Part shown: positions 34,099 through 42,604 of the stretch, in pieces
Numbering within the stretch: position 1 is the stretch's first letter
How the letters are laid out: every line of letters begins with the position of its first letter
Virus record (IMG/VR): IMGVR_UViG_3300016665_000377
Location: 1 to 42,604 of that record
From: a virus
Taxonomy: Duplodnaviria > Caudoviricetes
Strand: one strand, 5' to 3'
Length of the DNA: 42,604 bases
Made by a program: the position numbers and the translations under genes
The notes under the pieces: model-generated
Databases searched by the model: none
Told to the model about the DNA's origin: nothing
Seen by the model: the letters and a program-made list of their open reading frames with translations, nothing else

Positions 34099-34587
34099 AT
34101 GTCAGAAGAAGTAACCCCCGAAGACGTGCTGGGCGAGAAGCCCAAACGCACAGGACCGTGGCCGAAAGGCACCGGACCTTTATGCGACCCGGAGATCAAG
34201 GCGAAGGCAGTGGCCGCTCGCAAGGCGAATGCCGCCGAACGGCGCAGGCGTGCGGAGTTCGCCCGGGCGGATCTCAACGGGGCGTTCCTCGATGACCTCA
34301 ACGAGCTGTGGCGGGAACACGGGAAAACCATCCTTGCGCGGGCGGCGTTCGCGCACCCCGAGAAGGTCGCGAAGATCCTGGCGGACCTCGTGCCCAAGCA
34401 GATGGAAGTGAAGACCTCCAGCGTTCAGGATCTTGAAGATGACCGACTTGCCGACCTCATCGACGCCCTCTCTGAACGCCTCGGAAGAGGAGCTGAAGCT
34501 GCTCTTGGAGCGGCTCAAGGCAGAGCAAACGCGCAGACAATCGACGCAGAAGCTGTCGAGTTACAAGCCCTACCGAAAGCAACATGA
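34099..34587 (+). CDS. terS: Terminase small subunit (putative)
   Basis: Directly upstream of and overlapping terL; 'FLDDL...WREHG...P....KILADLVPK'. Confidence 0.7.
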   Translation: MSEEVTPEDVLGEKPKRTGPWPKGTGPLCDPEIKAKAVAARKANAAERRRRAEFARADLNGAFLDDLNELWREHGKTILARAAFAHPEKVAKILADLVPKQMEVKTSSVQDLEDDRLADLIDALSERLGRGAEAALGAAQGRANAQTIDAEAVELQALPKAT

Positions 34588-35917
34588 ATTCCATGCCGCC
34601 GGCAATATCCGCGAGCGCCTGTTCATGGCGGGAAACCAGTTGGGGAAGTCGCTGGCCAACGCGGCAGAGATCGCGTTTCACCTGACAGGGCGCTACGACC
34701 TGTACAAGGGACCGAACGGAGAACCGTGGCCGGGGCGGCGATGGGATAGGCCCGTACGCGTGATGTGCGGATCAGAGTCTGCGGAACTCACGCGCGACGG
34801 CATGCAGAGGCTTCTTGTGGGGAACCCTGAAGCCGAAGAGGATTGGGGCACGGGGTACATTCCGCTTGATGCGATATCGGGCTGGAACAGGCGCCAGGGC
34901 ACGCCGAATGCGCTGGATTCGATCAGCGTCAAGCACAAGAACGGTGGCCTGAGTACCGTCCTGTTCAAGTCCTACGACCAGGGGCGCACGAAGTGGCAGG
35001 CGAACACGGTTGACATCGTGTCCTTCGATGAAGAGCCCAAGGAAGAGATTTACTCAGAAGGCATCACGCGCACCACGGCCACCAAGGGCATGGTCCTGAT
35101 GACCTTCACGCCGTTGCTTGGAATGTCGAACGTGGTGCGCCGCTTCCTCAACGAGAAGAGCCCTGATCGCACGGTCGTCCGCATGACGATCTACGATGTC
35201 GATCACATCTCCAAAGAGGATGTCGAGCGTGAGATTGCTAAGTATCCAGAGCACGAGCGTGACGCCCGAGCGAGTGGTATTCCAATTCTTGGATCAGGAC
35301 GGATTTTCCCTTACGCTGACAGTCAGGTCGTTATCACCCCAATTCGAATCCCTGACTTCTGGCCTCGCATCGGGGGATTGGACTTCGGTTGGGACCACCC
35401 TACGGCTGCTGTTGAACTGGCCTGGGATCGGGATACAGACACGATATACCTGATCCGCGAACACCGCGAGAAGGCCAAGACCCCTGTTCAGCACGCGGCG
35501 ATCCTGCGCCAGTGGGGAGAGAGCCTGCCCTGGGCGTGGCCACACGACGGGTTGGCGCACGACAAGGGATCGGGCGAGCAGCTCGCGAAGCAGTACAAGA
35601 AGGCGGGCCTGAAGATCACGGCGGAACGAGCCCAGTTCCCCGATGGCAGTTCCGGCGTCGAGGCCGGCCTGTTCGACATGACGGAGCGCATGCGAACCGG
35701 GCGCTGGAAGGTGTTTTCGACGTGCCCACTTTGGGTTGAGGAGTTCCGCCTTTACCACCGCGAAGACGGCAAAGTCGTCAAGGAACACGACGATTTGATA
35801 TCCGCTAGCAGATACGCTACAATGATGCTCAGGTATGCGAAACTGCCATCCGACGCCCGCGGTGGCCGTTCCAAACCCGTCACGATTGCAGAGGGCGTGG
35901 GCGAAGTCGTCTGGTAA
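34439..35917 (+). CDS. terL: Terminase large subunit
   Basis: 'PYRKQHEFH','AGNQLGKS' Walker A, 'FDEEP' Walker B, 'TFTP', nuclease 'GLDFGWDHP' and 'DDLISASRY'. Confidence 0.95.
   Translation: MTDLPTSSTPSLNASEEELKLLLERLKAEQTRRQSTQKLSSYKPYRKQHEFHAAGNIRERLFMAGNQLGKSLANAAEIAFHLTGRYDLYKGPNGEPWPGRRWDRPVRVMCGSESAELTRDGMQRLLVGNPEAEEDWGTGYIPLDAISGWNRRQGTPNALDSISVKHKNGGLSTVLFKSYDQGRTKWQANTVDIVSFDEEPKEEIYSEGITRTTATKGMVLMTFTPLLGMSNVVRRFLNEKSPDRTVVRMTIYDVDHISKEDVEREIAKYPEHERDARASGIPILGSGRIFPYADSQVVITPIRIPDFWPRIGGLDFGWDHPTAAVELAWDRDTDTIYLIREHREKAKTPVQHAAILRQWGESLPWAWPHDGLAHDKGSGEQLAKQYKKAGLKITAERAQFPDGSSGVEAGLFDMTERMRTGRWKVFSTCPLWVEEFRLYHREDGKVVKEHDDLISASRYATMMLRYAKLPSDARGGRSKPVTIAEGVGEVVW
35795..35823 (+). 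promoter_or_regulatory. Internal sigma70-like promoter in the terL 3' end with operator
   Basis: TTGATA (35795-35800), 17 nt, TACAAT (35818-35823); TAGC-agatac-GCTA at 35806-35819. Confidence 0.7.
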
Positions 35918-35927
35918 GGGAAAAGCT

Positions 35928-36122
35928 ATGGGTTTCAGCAAGCCGAAGACGCCGAAGATAAAGCCACCGCCGCCTGTTCCGCAGGTCGATGAGGCGATCA
36001 AGATGCGCAACGAGCAAGACCGTCTGTACCGGCGCCGCGCCCAGGGCACGACCGTCCTGACCGCCGACCAAGGCCTGCCGAATCTGGGCGCAGTTTCCAG
36101 CTTGACTGCCGGTGGCATGTAA
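35928..36122 (+). CDS. Small virion-associated protein, paralog 1
   Basis: MGFSKPKTPKIKPPPPVP...RAQGTTVLT; typical small pre-portal gene. Confidence 0.75.
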   Translation: MGFSKPKTPKIKPPPPVPQVDEAIKMRNEQDRLYRRRAQGTTVLTADQGLPNLGAVSSLTAGGM

Positions 36123-36343
36123 TGGCCATGCTCGCTTCGCTTCGCGCCTCCCCTGTGGCGAAACTCATTCCAGGCATGTCACCGTCCGCCACAACGGCGT
36201 TGTCACCCGCGCAGCAGGGTGAGCAGATGCTGAAGCGAACGGCTTCTCCGAACATACGGGCACAGGGAACCGCCGTTGTGACCAGCGACCGTGACCTCCC
36301 CGACCTCGGCTCCACCAGTAACCCCCGGTCAGGATCGTTGTGA
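36122..36343 (+). CDS. Small virion-associated protein, paralog 2
   Basis: TAATG coupling; C-terminal motif shared with the previous gene. Confidence 0.7.
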   Translation: MAMLASLRASPVAKLIPGMSPSATTALSPAQQGEQMLKRTASPNIRAQGTAVVTSDRDLPDLGSTSNPRSGSL

Positions 36344-37974
36344 TGGATCAGAAGCCCGAGTACGTTCAGGAGATCATCCAGCGTTTCGAACGCATGCGGA
36401 CCTACCGCGCGAACTTCGAACGGACGTGGTCGGAGATCGCGCTTCGCGTCCTGCCCCGCGCAGACGACTTCATCGTCAAGCGCACGCCCGGTGTGAAGCG
36501 CGAAGAGAACGTCTACGATTCGACGGCGCAGCTTGCCCTTCCGGCCTTCGCGGCCGCGATGGAGAGCATGCTCACGCCGCGAACCCAGAAGTGGCACAAC
36601 CTGCGCCCCGCCGATCCCGCCCTCCTCGAAAACGAAGAGGTGATGGCCTATTGCGAGTTCGTGCGGGATCTCATGTTCCGCCTGCGCTATGCGCCTTACG
36701 CCAATTTCGCCTCGCAGTCCTATGAGGCCTATATGTCTCTGGGCGCGTTCGGCACCGGCGCGATCTTCGTGCAGGACGGGCTCTCGCAGGGCATCCGCTA
36801 CCAGTGCATCCCACTCAACCAGGTCTATGTGCAGGAAGACGCGCAGGGCGTGGTCGATACGGTCTGCCGGCGCTATGAGTTGACCACGAGGCAGGCGTAC
36901 CAGAAGTTCGGTGACGCGCTGCCCGAGAATATCTCCAAGTTCGTGGAGAAGGAGCCCGACCGGAACTGGGAATTCATCCATTTCGTCCAGCCGAACGAGG
37001 ACCGCGACCGCCGCTACGACAACGCCAAGGGGATGGCCATCAAGGCCTGTGACGTGGCGCTGGAAGGCCGCAAGCTGATCCGCGAGGGCGGTTATCGCGT
37101 CATGCCTTACGCCGTGTCGCGCTACACCACGGCCCCGCGCGAAGTCTACGGACGCTCGCCGGCATGGGACGCCCTGGCCGACATCAAGACCCTCAACGAG
37201 ATGTCCAAGACCAGCCTGCGCTACGGCCAGCTCGTGACAGATCCTCCGTGGATCACGGCGGACCTCGATGGGCTCGCCCCCTTCGCCGTGCGCCCCGGCG
37301 CCGTGAACGCGGGCTACATGAACGAGCAGGGCCAGGTGCTGGCCAAGACGGTCGCCCCGGAAGGTGACCCGCGCCTGACGCTGGAGATGGCGCAGCAGCG
37401 CCGCGAGAGCATCAACCGCGCCTTCCTCATCACCCTGTTCCAGATCCTCGTGGACACGCCCCAGATGACGGCGACAGAGGCGATGCTGCGGGCCCAAGAG
37501 AAGGGTGCGCTGCTGGCTCCCACGATGGGCCGTCAGCAGTCCGAGTTCCTTGGACCCATCATCCGCCGGGAACTGGACATCCTGCAGGCTGCGGGCGCGA
37601 TCCCGCCGCCCCCGGAGGCGCTGGTCGGTCGGGGCGGCCAGCTTGAGATCATCTACGATTCCCCTCTGACGCGGGCCCAGCGCGCGGAGGAAGGCGTCGG
37701 TATTCTGCGCACCTTCGAAGCCATCGGCCAGATCGCCCAGTTCGACCCGACCGTCACCAAGGTGTTCAACGCGGAGCGCGCCGCGCGCCGCCTTGCCATG
37801 ATCAACGGCGCCCCGATGGACATCCTGAACAGCGCAGAGGAACTCGCAGCGCAGGAAGAAGCTGCTGCCCAGCAGGCGCAGCTCGCGGCCCTCGTCCAAG
37901 CGGGCCCCGCTCTCGGCCAAACGGCCAAGACCTTGGCGCAAGCGAACACTGAGGCGCAGAAGGCTCCGTTCTGA
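36343..37974 (+). CDS. Portal (head-to-tail connector) protein
   Basis: 'YDSTA','FGTG','YGRSPA..AL.DIKTLN','MTATE...R..EK...L.P'; 543 aa. Confidence 0.93.
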   Translation: MDQKPEYVQEIIQRFERMRTYRANFERTWSEIALRVLPRADDFIVKRTPGVKREENVYDSTAQLALPAFAAAMESMLTPRTQKWHNLRPADPALLENEEVMAYCEFVRDLMFRLRYAPYANFASQSYEAYMSLGAFGTGAIFVQDGLSQGIRYQCIPLNQVYVQEDAQGVVDTVCRRYELTTRQAYQKFGDALPENISKFVEKEPDRNWEFIHFVQPNEDRDRRYDNAKGMAIKACDVALEGRKLIREGGYRVMPYAVSRYTTAPREVYGRSPAWDALADIKTLNEMSKTSLRYGQLVTDPPWITADLDGLAPFAVRPGAVNAGYMNEQGQVLAKTVAPEGDPRLTLEMAQQRRESINRAFLITLFQILVDTPQMTATEAMLRAQEKGALLAPTMGRQQSEFLGPIIRRELDILQAAGAIPPPPEALVGRGGQLEIIYDSPLTRAQRAEEGVGILRTFEAIGQIAQFDPTVTKVFNAERAARRLAMINGAPMDILNSAEELAAQEEAAAQQAQLAALVQAGPALGQTAKTLAQANTEAQKAPF

Positions 37975-38249
37975 TGCCGAAGCCCACGTACCGCGATCAT
38001 CAGGTCGCGATCCGGCGCATGTGTCTGAACGGCAAGGGCGGCCTGACACCCGACGCGAAACTACTCGCGGTCGCCCTGAAGCGGTTCTGCAGGGCTGACC
38101 GCTCCAGCCTGATGTACTCGCCCCAGACAGGGACGATTGACCCGGTGGCCACAGCGGCGGCGGTGGCACGCCGGGAAGTCTACGACTACCTGCGCCGCCT
38201 TCTGAATCTCGATGACTATGTCGAGGTCAACCTGAGAGAGGATGATTGA
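37974..38249 (+). CDS. Small protein between portal and scaffold (Bbp19-like position)
   Basis: 'LKRFC...DP......RREVYDYL...LNL'; coupled at both ends. Confidence 0.75.
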   Translation: MPKPTYRDHQVAIRRMCLNGKGGLTPDAKLLAVALKRFCRADRSSLMYSPQTGTIDPVATAAAVARREVYDYLRRLLNLDDYVEVNLREDD

Positions 38250-39190
38250 TGTTGAGGTCCATGTCGTTCATGGGCAACCTCGTCCGCAACGCCGATGGCG
38301 CTGCTGGCGGGGCTGCTCCCGCTCCTGCGCCCGCACCGGCCCCCGCCCCCGTCATGGCGGGCGCTGCGGCGCTGGCGAAGCCGCCTGAACCCGGCGCGGC
38401 ACCCGCTGCAGCCCCGGCTCCCGCAGCCCCCGCGCCAGCGGACAAGCCTTGGTGGGACGCCCTGCCGGAAAACCTGAAGACCACGGCGGCCGCGAAGCAG
38501 TGGAAAGATCCGGCTGCGGCGGTCGAGAGCTACGTGAACCTTGAGAAGATCATGGGCGCGGACAAGGCGAACCGCACCGTGATGCTGCCCAAGGATGACG
38601 CCTCGCCTGAAGAACTGGCGGGCTTCTACAAGGCGCTCGGCGTGCCGGAAGCGGCCGACAAATACGAGATCAAGGTGCCGGAAGGCATGTCGCCCGAGAT
38701 CATCGATGAGGCCAAGGGCTGGATGCACCAGGCCAACGTCCCGTCGAAGCTTGCCCAGCAGCTCGTGGACGCCGTGGCCAAGTCGGAAGCGGCCAAGATG
38801 GAGCAGTGGGCAAAGCAGTCCAAGGCCGACATGAACGACCTTGCTGTCGAGTGGGGCTCCAAGTTCGAAGACAACGCCGAAATCGCGCGCCGCGCCTTCC
38901 GCGCCGCGGGGCTTACCCCTGAACAGAGCGAGCGCATCGAGATGGTCGTCGGAACTAAGACTTTCATGTCGATGTTCCACAAGTTCGGCATGAACATGAG
39001 CGAGGCTGCTGCGCCTGCACCCGGTCAAGGCGGTGGCCAGTTCGTGATGAACAAGGCGGAAGCGGCGCGGAAAGCAGATATGCTACGTGCCAGCCCCGAC
39101 TTCCAAGCGCGATACCTGTCGCCCAACAACCTGATCCGCCAGCAGGCGATCTCGGAACTGGAAGAACTCACGAAAATCGTAGCGGGTTGA
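38249..39190 (+). CDS. Capsid scaffolding protein
   Basis: Pro/Ala-rich N-terminus, 'SYVNLEK','YKALGVPE..DKY','EWG..FE.N'; precedes the capsid gene. Confidence 0.82.
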   Translation: MLRSMSFMGNLVRNADGAAGGAAPAPAPAPAPAPVMAGAAALAKPPEPGAAPAAAPAPAAPAPADKPWWDALPENLKTTAAAKQWKDPAAAVESYVNLEKIMGADKANRTVMLPKDDASPEELAGFYKALGVPEAADKYEIKVPEGMSPEIIDEAKGWMHQANVPSKLAQQLVDAVAKSEAAKMEQWAKQSKADMNDLAVEWGSKFEDNAEIARRAFRAAGLTPEQSERIEMVVGTKTFMSMFHKFGMNMSEAAAPAPGQGGGQFVMNKAEAARKADMLRASPDFQARYLSPNNLIRQQAISELEELTKIVAG

Positions 39191-39217
39191 CATTCACGCT
39201 GTGTAGCGATAATGCTA
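39187..39217 (+). promoter_or_regulatory. Candidate capsid promoter with operator
   Basis: TTGACA at 39187-39192; -10 GATAAT (15 nt) or TAATGC (17 nt) lies inside TAGC-gataat-GCTA (39204-39217). Confidence 0.6.
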
Positions 39218-39300
39218 GACGCGAGGCACACGGGTGTCTCGCGTCGGCCCTAACGGACAACCGCGCCAAAGTCCAACCCTAAAACAGGAGGATAGGCGCT

Positions 39301-40209
39301 ATGTCCTTTGCGGTGCCTACTCATTTCGTACAGCAGTACACGCAGAACGTGATGATGCTGCTCCAGCAGAAGGGCGGCAAGCTCGCGTCCAGCGTGTCGC
39401 AGCAGTCCTTCACTGGCAAGGGTGCCAAGGCCGTCGAACAGGTCGGCCTCGTGACCCCCGTCAAGAACCTCGGCCGTCACTCGGATACCCCGCTGATCAG
39501 CACTCCCGCTGACGCGCGATGGATCTTCCCGAACGACTATGACTGGGCTGACCTGATCGATAATCAGGACAAGCTCCGCATGCTGATCGACCCGCTGGGC
39601 CCCTACACCCAGAACGGCGTCAACGCCATGCGCCGTGCGCAGGATGAAGAGATCCTGCTCGCCTTCTTCGCATCTGCGAACACGGGCGAAAACGGCACGG
39701 TGGCCACCGCTTTCCCCGCCGGCCAGCAGGTCGGTGTGAACGTCGGCGGCACCAACTCCAACCTCAACGTGGCCAAGCTGCGCGCGGCTCGCCGCCTGCT
39801 CATGGCGGCTGGTGTTGACCTGGAGTCGGAATCGATCTACTGCGCCATCACCGCCTCTGACCACGATGCGCTGCTGAACGAAATCCAGATCGCAAGCCTG
39901 GACTTCAACAGCCAGCCCGTCATGGTTGACGGTCAGGTGCGCCGCTTCCTCGGCATCAACTTCATCCCCGTCGAGTTCTCCGACACGGCTTCTTACCCGC
40001 AGGCTTCCGCCGCGCTGGTCAGCGGCGGTGTGCGTTCCGTGCCCGTCTGGGTGCCCTCGGGCATGCAGCTTGGCATGTGGAACGATGTGACCGTCAAGGT
40101 CGCGGAGCGCCCTGACAAGCGGCACTCGGTGCAGTGCTATATCTCCACGACGGTCGGCGCGACCCGCATCGAAGAGAAGCGTGTCGTCCAGATCGCCACC
40201 ACCGGCTAA
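39301..40209 (+). CDS. Major capsid protein
   Basis: AGGAGG RBS; 'FVQQY...LLQQKG.KL','DKLRMLIDP','GATRIEE..VV'; strongly biased codons. Confidence 0.92.
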   Translation: MSFAVPTHFVQQYTQNVMMLLQQKGGKLASSVSQQSFTGKGAKAVEQVGLVTPVKNLGRHSDTPLISTPADARWIFPNDYDWADLIDNQDKLRMLIDPLGPYTQNGVNAMRRAQDEEILLAFFASANTGENGTVATAFPAGQQVGVNVGGTNSNLNVAKLRAARRLLMAAGVDLESESIYCAITASDHDALLNEIQIASLDFNSQPVMVDGQVRRFLGINFIPVEFSDTASYPQASAALVSGGVRSVPVWVPSGMQLGMWNDVTVKVAERPDKRHSVQCYISTTVGATRIEEKRVVQIATTG

Positions 40210-40223
40210 GGAGGACTTCCCTT

Positions 40224-40679
40224 ATGGCTCTTTTCTATGCACCCTCGGTAGCCGGTCTGCGGCAGAATCCGCCGGTCAAGCCGGCTGACGCTGCTTACGG
40301 CGGCCGTCAGTTCCGGTTCCGCTCGATCATCAACCTTGCCACCATCAACGGGGGCTCGGCGGTGACCACGTCGGACCAGATCCAGCTTGCCACCATCCCG
40401 GCGGGCTACGTTCTGGACGCCTGCGAGATGATCTCCTCTGTCTCGCTGACGACCTCCGTGCAGGCCATCGGCACGTCGTCCACCCACGGCTCGAACGGGC
40501 AGCTTCGCCCCGCCGAAGCCTACGGCACGACGGCTGAAGCCCTCCAGCGCCGCTCGACCGCTGCGCAGAAGGCCGCGGGTCCGCTCACGGCGGACACTGC
40601 GATCTGGATGACGCTGGCCACTGCGAACCTGCCGACTTCTGGCACGATCGTCGTGGACATCATCTGCACCAAGCCCTGA
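40224..40679 (+). CDS. Capsid cement/decoration protein
   Basis: AAGGAGG RBS; beta-rich 151 aa ending 'SGTIVVDI'; follows the capsid gene. Confidence 0.75.
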   Translation: MALFYAPSVAGLRQNPPVKPADAAYGGRQFRFRSIINLATINGGSAVTTSDQIQLATIPAGYVLDACEMISSVSLTTSVQAIGTSSTHGSNGQLRPAEAYGTTAEALQRRSTAAQKAAGPLTADTAIWMTLATANLPTSGTIVVDIICTKP

Positions 40680-40686
40680 TGAACTC

Positions 40687-40710
40687 GCCACCCCGGTCCG
40701 CCGGGGTGGC
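40687..40710 (+). terminator. Hairpin after the capsid/cement genes (weak terminator or stabiliser)
   Basis: GCCACCCCGG-tccg-CCGGGGTGGC; poor U-tract. Confidence 0.55.
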
Positions 40711-40730
40711 TCACCTTCAAGGAGGCCGGA

Positions 40731-40952
40731 ATGGCTCTGAACCAGTTCGATCTGGCCGTTGGAACCGACAAGGTAGGCGTCACTTTCACGCAGACAGTCA
40801 CGGCGGTTTCAGGCGGCGCTACTTCTCTCGGCGGCACCGTCGCCATGCGGCTTCTCATCGATGACGCTGTCACGCCGTCGAAGCTTGAGGCGATCCGCCT
40901 GATCGAGATCCTCGAATACTACGTGACCGAAGATACCTGGCCGCCGGCCTAA
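40731..40952 (+). CDS. Hypothetical virion protein (73 aa)
   Basis: AAGGAGG RBS. Confidence 0.75.
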   Translation: MALNQFDLAVGTDKVGVTFTQTVTAVSGGATSLGGTVAMRLLIDDAVTPSKLEAIRLIEILEYYVTEDTWPPA

Positions 40953-40963
40953 AGGAGCGCAGG

Positions 40964-41284
40964 ATGGCCATCGGACATCTTTTCACGCCGATCTCCCCGA
41001 CCGTCAATCTATCGGCAACGTCATCGTCTTCCCGCGTGGCCAAGACGCCGTTGCCGACGAACAGCGGTGGGGCCACGCACGAGATCCGTCTCGTGAACAC
41101 GGGCACCGTCACGGTGTTCGTTGAGTTCGGCGACAGCACTGTAACGGCTGCAGTCGCCACGGGCTTGCCCATACTGCCGAACACGGTGGAGGCATTTATG
41201 CTCAGTGCTTCGCAGACACATATCGCTGGCATTACTTCTTCCGGCACCGCAACGCTGTACGCGACCACCGGCCTGGGAGTTTAA
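40964..41284 (+). CDS. Small beta-rich virion protein (possible head-fibre anchor)
   Basis: AAGGAG RBS; 'IRLVN.G...VFVEFG...LYATTGLG'. Confidence 0.75.
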   Translation: MAIGHLFTPISPTVNLSATSSSSRVAKTPLPTNSGGATHEIRLVNTGTVTVFVEFGDSTVTAAVATGLPILPNTVEAFMLSASQTHIAGITSSGTATLYATTGLGV

Positions 41285-42604
41285 ATGCTCAGGTTCCGTT
41301 CCCGCCTTCGGTGTGGTGGCCCCGACGTGCGCGCGGGCGGCTCCTTTTCTCCTCTCGCCCTCTTCGCGGCCAATGAGCCCGGCGGCTGGTACGACCCCTC
41401 CGACCTCACGACCCTGTATCAGGACGCCGCAGGCACCACGCCTGTGACGGCTGTGGAGCAGCCAGTGGGCCTTGTGCTGGACAAGAGCAAGGGGCTGGTG
41501 CTGGGGTCGGAACTGGTCACGAATGGCACCTTCGACACGAATGTAACGGGGTGGTCAACGCAGGCTAACGTGTCCATTTCGTGGGTGTCTGGTGAACTTC
41601 AAGCAGTCAGTACATCAACAGGCACGACAGCGGTATACCAAGACATCACGACAGTCGCAGGACGGACGTACAAACTTTCGATAACCGTCCGCCAGAACAC
41701 AGGCAACGCCCTGTTGCTTGTGTATAATGGGGCGTTTGCTACGCTCATCAGGGATTATACCGTCACGGCTCCTACTACCAATACCACTACGAGCCTTGTC
41801 TTTACTGCGACTGGAACAACAACACGTATAGGCTTCGCCCCTCTTTCCGTTGCGACGGCGTTTGCCGACAACATCTCCGTCCGCGAACTCCCCGGCAACC
41901 ACCTGTCTCAGTCCACCGCCGCCGCCCGCCCCGTGCTGTCAGCGAGGGTTAATCTGCTGACGTATAGTGAGCAGTTCGATAATGCAGTTTGGAGCAAGCT
42001 TCAGCAGAGCAGCACAATACCGGTTGTTACGGCTGATCAGGCTGCGGCACCCAACGGCACAAACACGGCTGACGAAATTGCCTTTGGTGCTTCAGGCACG
42101 GGCAGTCAAGGAAGCTACCTATTCTATAACACGACAAGCACCACAGCGTCCGTCAAGTCGCTTACGTTTTATGTAAAAGCAAAAGCCGCTGGTGATGTCG
42201 GCAAGGTTTTGACCTACTACAAGTTCGATGGAACGCGAAAAGACACAAAGAACGTTACGCTTACGGCCAATTGGCAACAGGTTGAGGCTTCTACTGGCAC
42301 CTTGTCATCCAACGAGCAAATCATCATCGGCAACATGGGGTCTGGATACGGCGGTGTTGATGGGCAGGCTGCGTTTTCTTGCTACATCTGGGGCGCAGAC
42401 CTCCGCCCCGCCAACGCTGGCGTGGGCCTCCCCGCGTATCAGAGGGTGGGCGCGGCGACATCCGGCAGCAGCACGGCGGCGGGAAATGCGGATTACGACA
42501 CGACCGGGTTTCCGTATTACCTCCGCTTTGATGGTGTTGACGATTTCCTTCAGTCCAGCACGATCACGCCGGGTTCCGTGGACAAGGCGCAGGTCTTCGC
42601 GGGT
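41285..42604 (+). CDS. Modular head/tail fibre protein, N-terminal 440 aa (593 aa total across the origin)
   Basis: Absent from the ORF track because it has no stop in the window. MLRFRS...'WYDPSDLTTLYQDAAGTTPV','ELVTNGTFD','RVNLLTYSEQFDN','YLRFDGVDD'. Confidence 0.82.
   Translation, partial: MLRFRSRLRCGGPDVRAGGSFSPLALFAANEPGGWYDPSDLTTLYQDAAGTTPVTAVEQPVGLVLDKSKGLVLGSELVTNGTFDTNVTGWSTQANVSISWVSGELQAVSTSTGTTAVYQDITTVAGRTYKLSITVRQNTGNALLLVYNGAFATLIRDYTVTAPTTNTTTSLVFTATGTTTRIGFAPLSVATAFADNISVRELPGNHLSQSTAAARPVLSARVNLLTYSEQFDNAVWSKLQQSSTIPVVTADQAAAPNGTNTADEIAFGASGTGSQGSYLFYNTTSTTASVKSLTFYVKAKAAGDVGKVLTYYKFDGTRKDTKNVTLTANWQQVEASTGTLSSNEQIIIGNMGSGYGGVDGQAAFSCYIWGADLRPANAGVGLPAYQRVGAATSGSSTAAGNADYDTTGFPYYLRFDGVDDFLQSSTITPGSVDKAQVFAG

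Noticed and set aside
33490-34114. Pro/Arg/Ala-rich ORFs on both strands
   Set aside because: Low-complexity translations of a repeat-rich non-coding region.
1-42604. tRNA/rRNA genes and a phage RNA polymerase
   Set aside because: No cloverleaf or single-subunit RNAP motifs recognised; transcription appears to use host sigma70-like promoters.

Overview
This looks like a complete, circularly permuted ~42.6 kb genome of a GC-rich short-tailed (podovirus-type) dsDNA phage. One ORF runs in frame off the right end (41285) into base 1 (...DKAQVFAG|VRKLSD...). The + arm (34.1 kb, across the origin, to 15.2 kb) carries terminase, portal, scaffold, capsid, cement, head/tail fibres, tail tubular A/B, three ejection proteins and a lysis cassette, in a BPP-1/epsilon15-like order. 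The - arm (33.4 kb to 15.2 kb) carries early genes, HTH regulators, a RuvC-like resolvase, a decapitated tyrosine integrase, a C5 methyltransferase, dCMP deaminase, SNF2 helicase, Cas4-like nuclease, SSB, family A DNA polymerase, primase-helicase and a dNTP diphosphohydrolase. An alphaproteobacterial host is inferred, not shown. Most notable: (1) a dual-frame, M.EcoHK31I-style split C5 methyltransferase whose nested polypeptide has six tandem TRD-like 'GWPTP' modules; (2) a palindrome TAGC-N6-GCTA present in 9 perfect copies, several overlapping sigma70-like promoters, including promoters hidden inside genes; (3) a phage-borne suhB/MmgR-like anti-Shine-Dalgarno sRNA with its own promoter and terminator; (4) an integrase whose 5' part is replaced by a repeated 'MxDIVERL' cassette; (5) an ADP-ribosyltransferase-like insertion in an ejected virion protein. 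All protein family calls come from motif recognition and gene order by eye; no database search was run.
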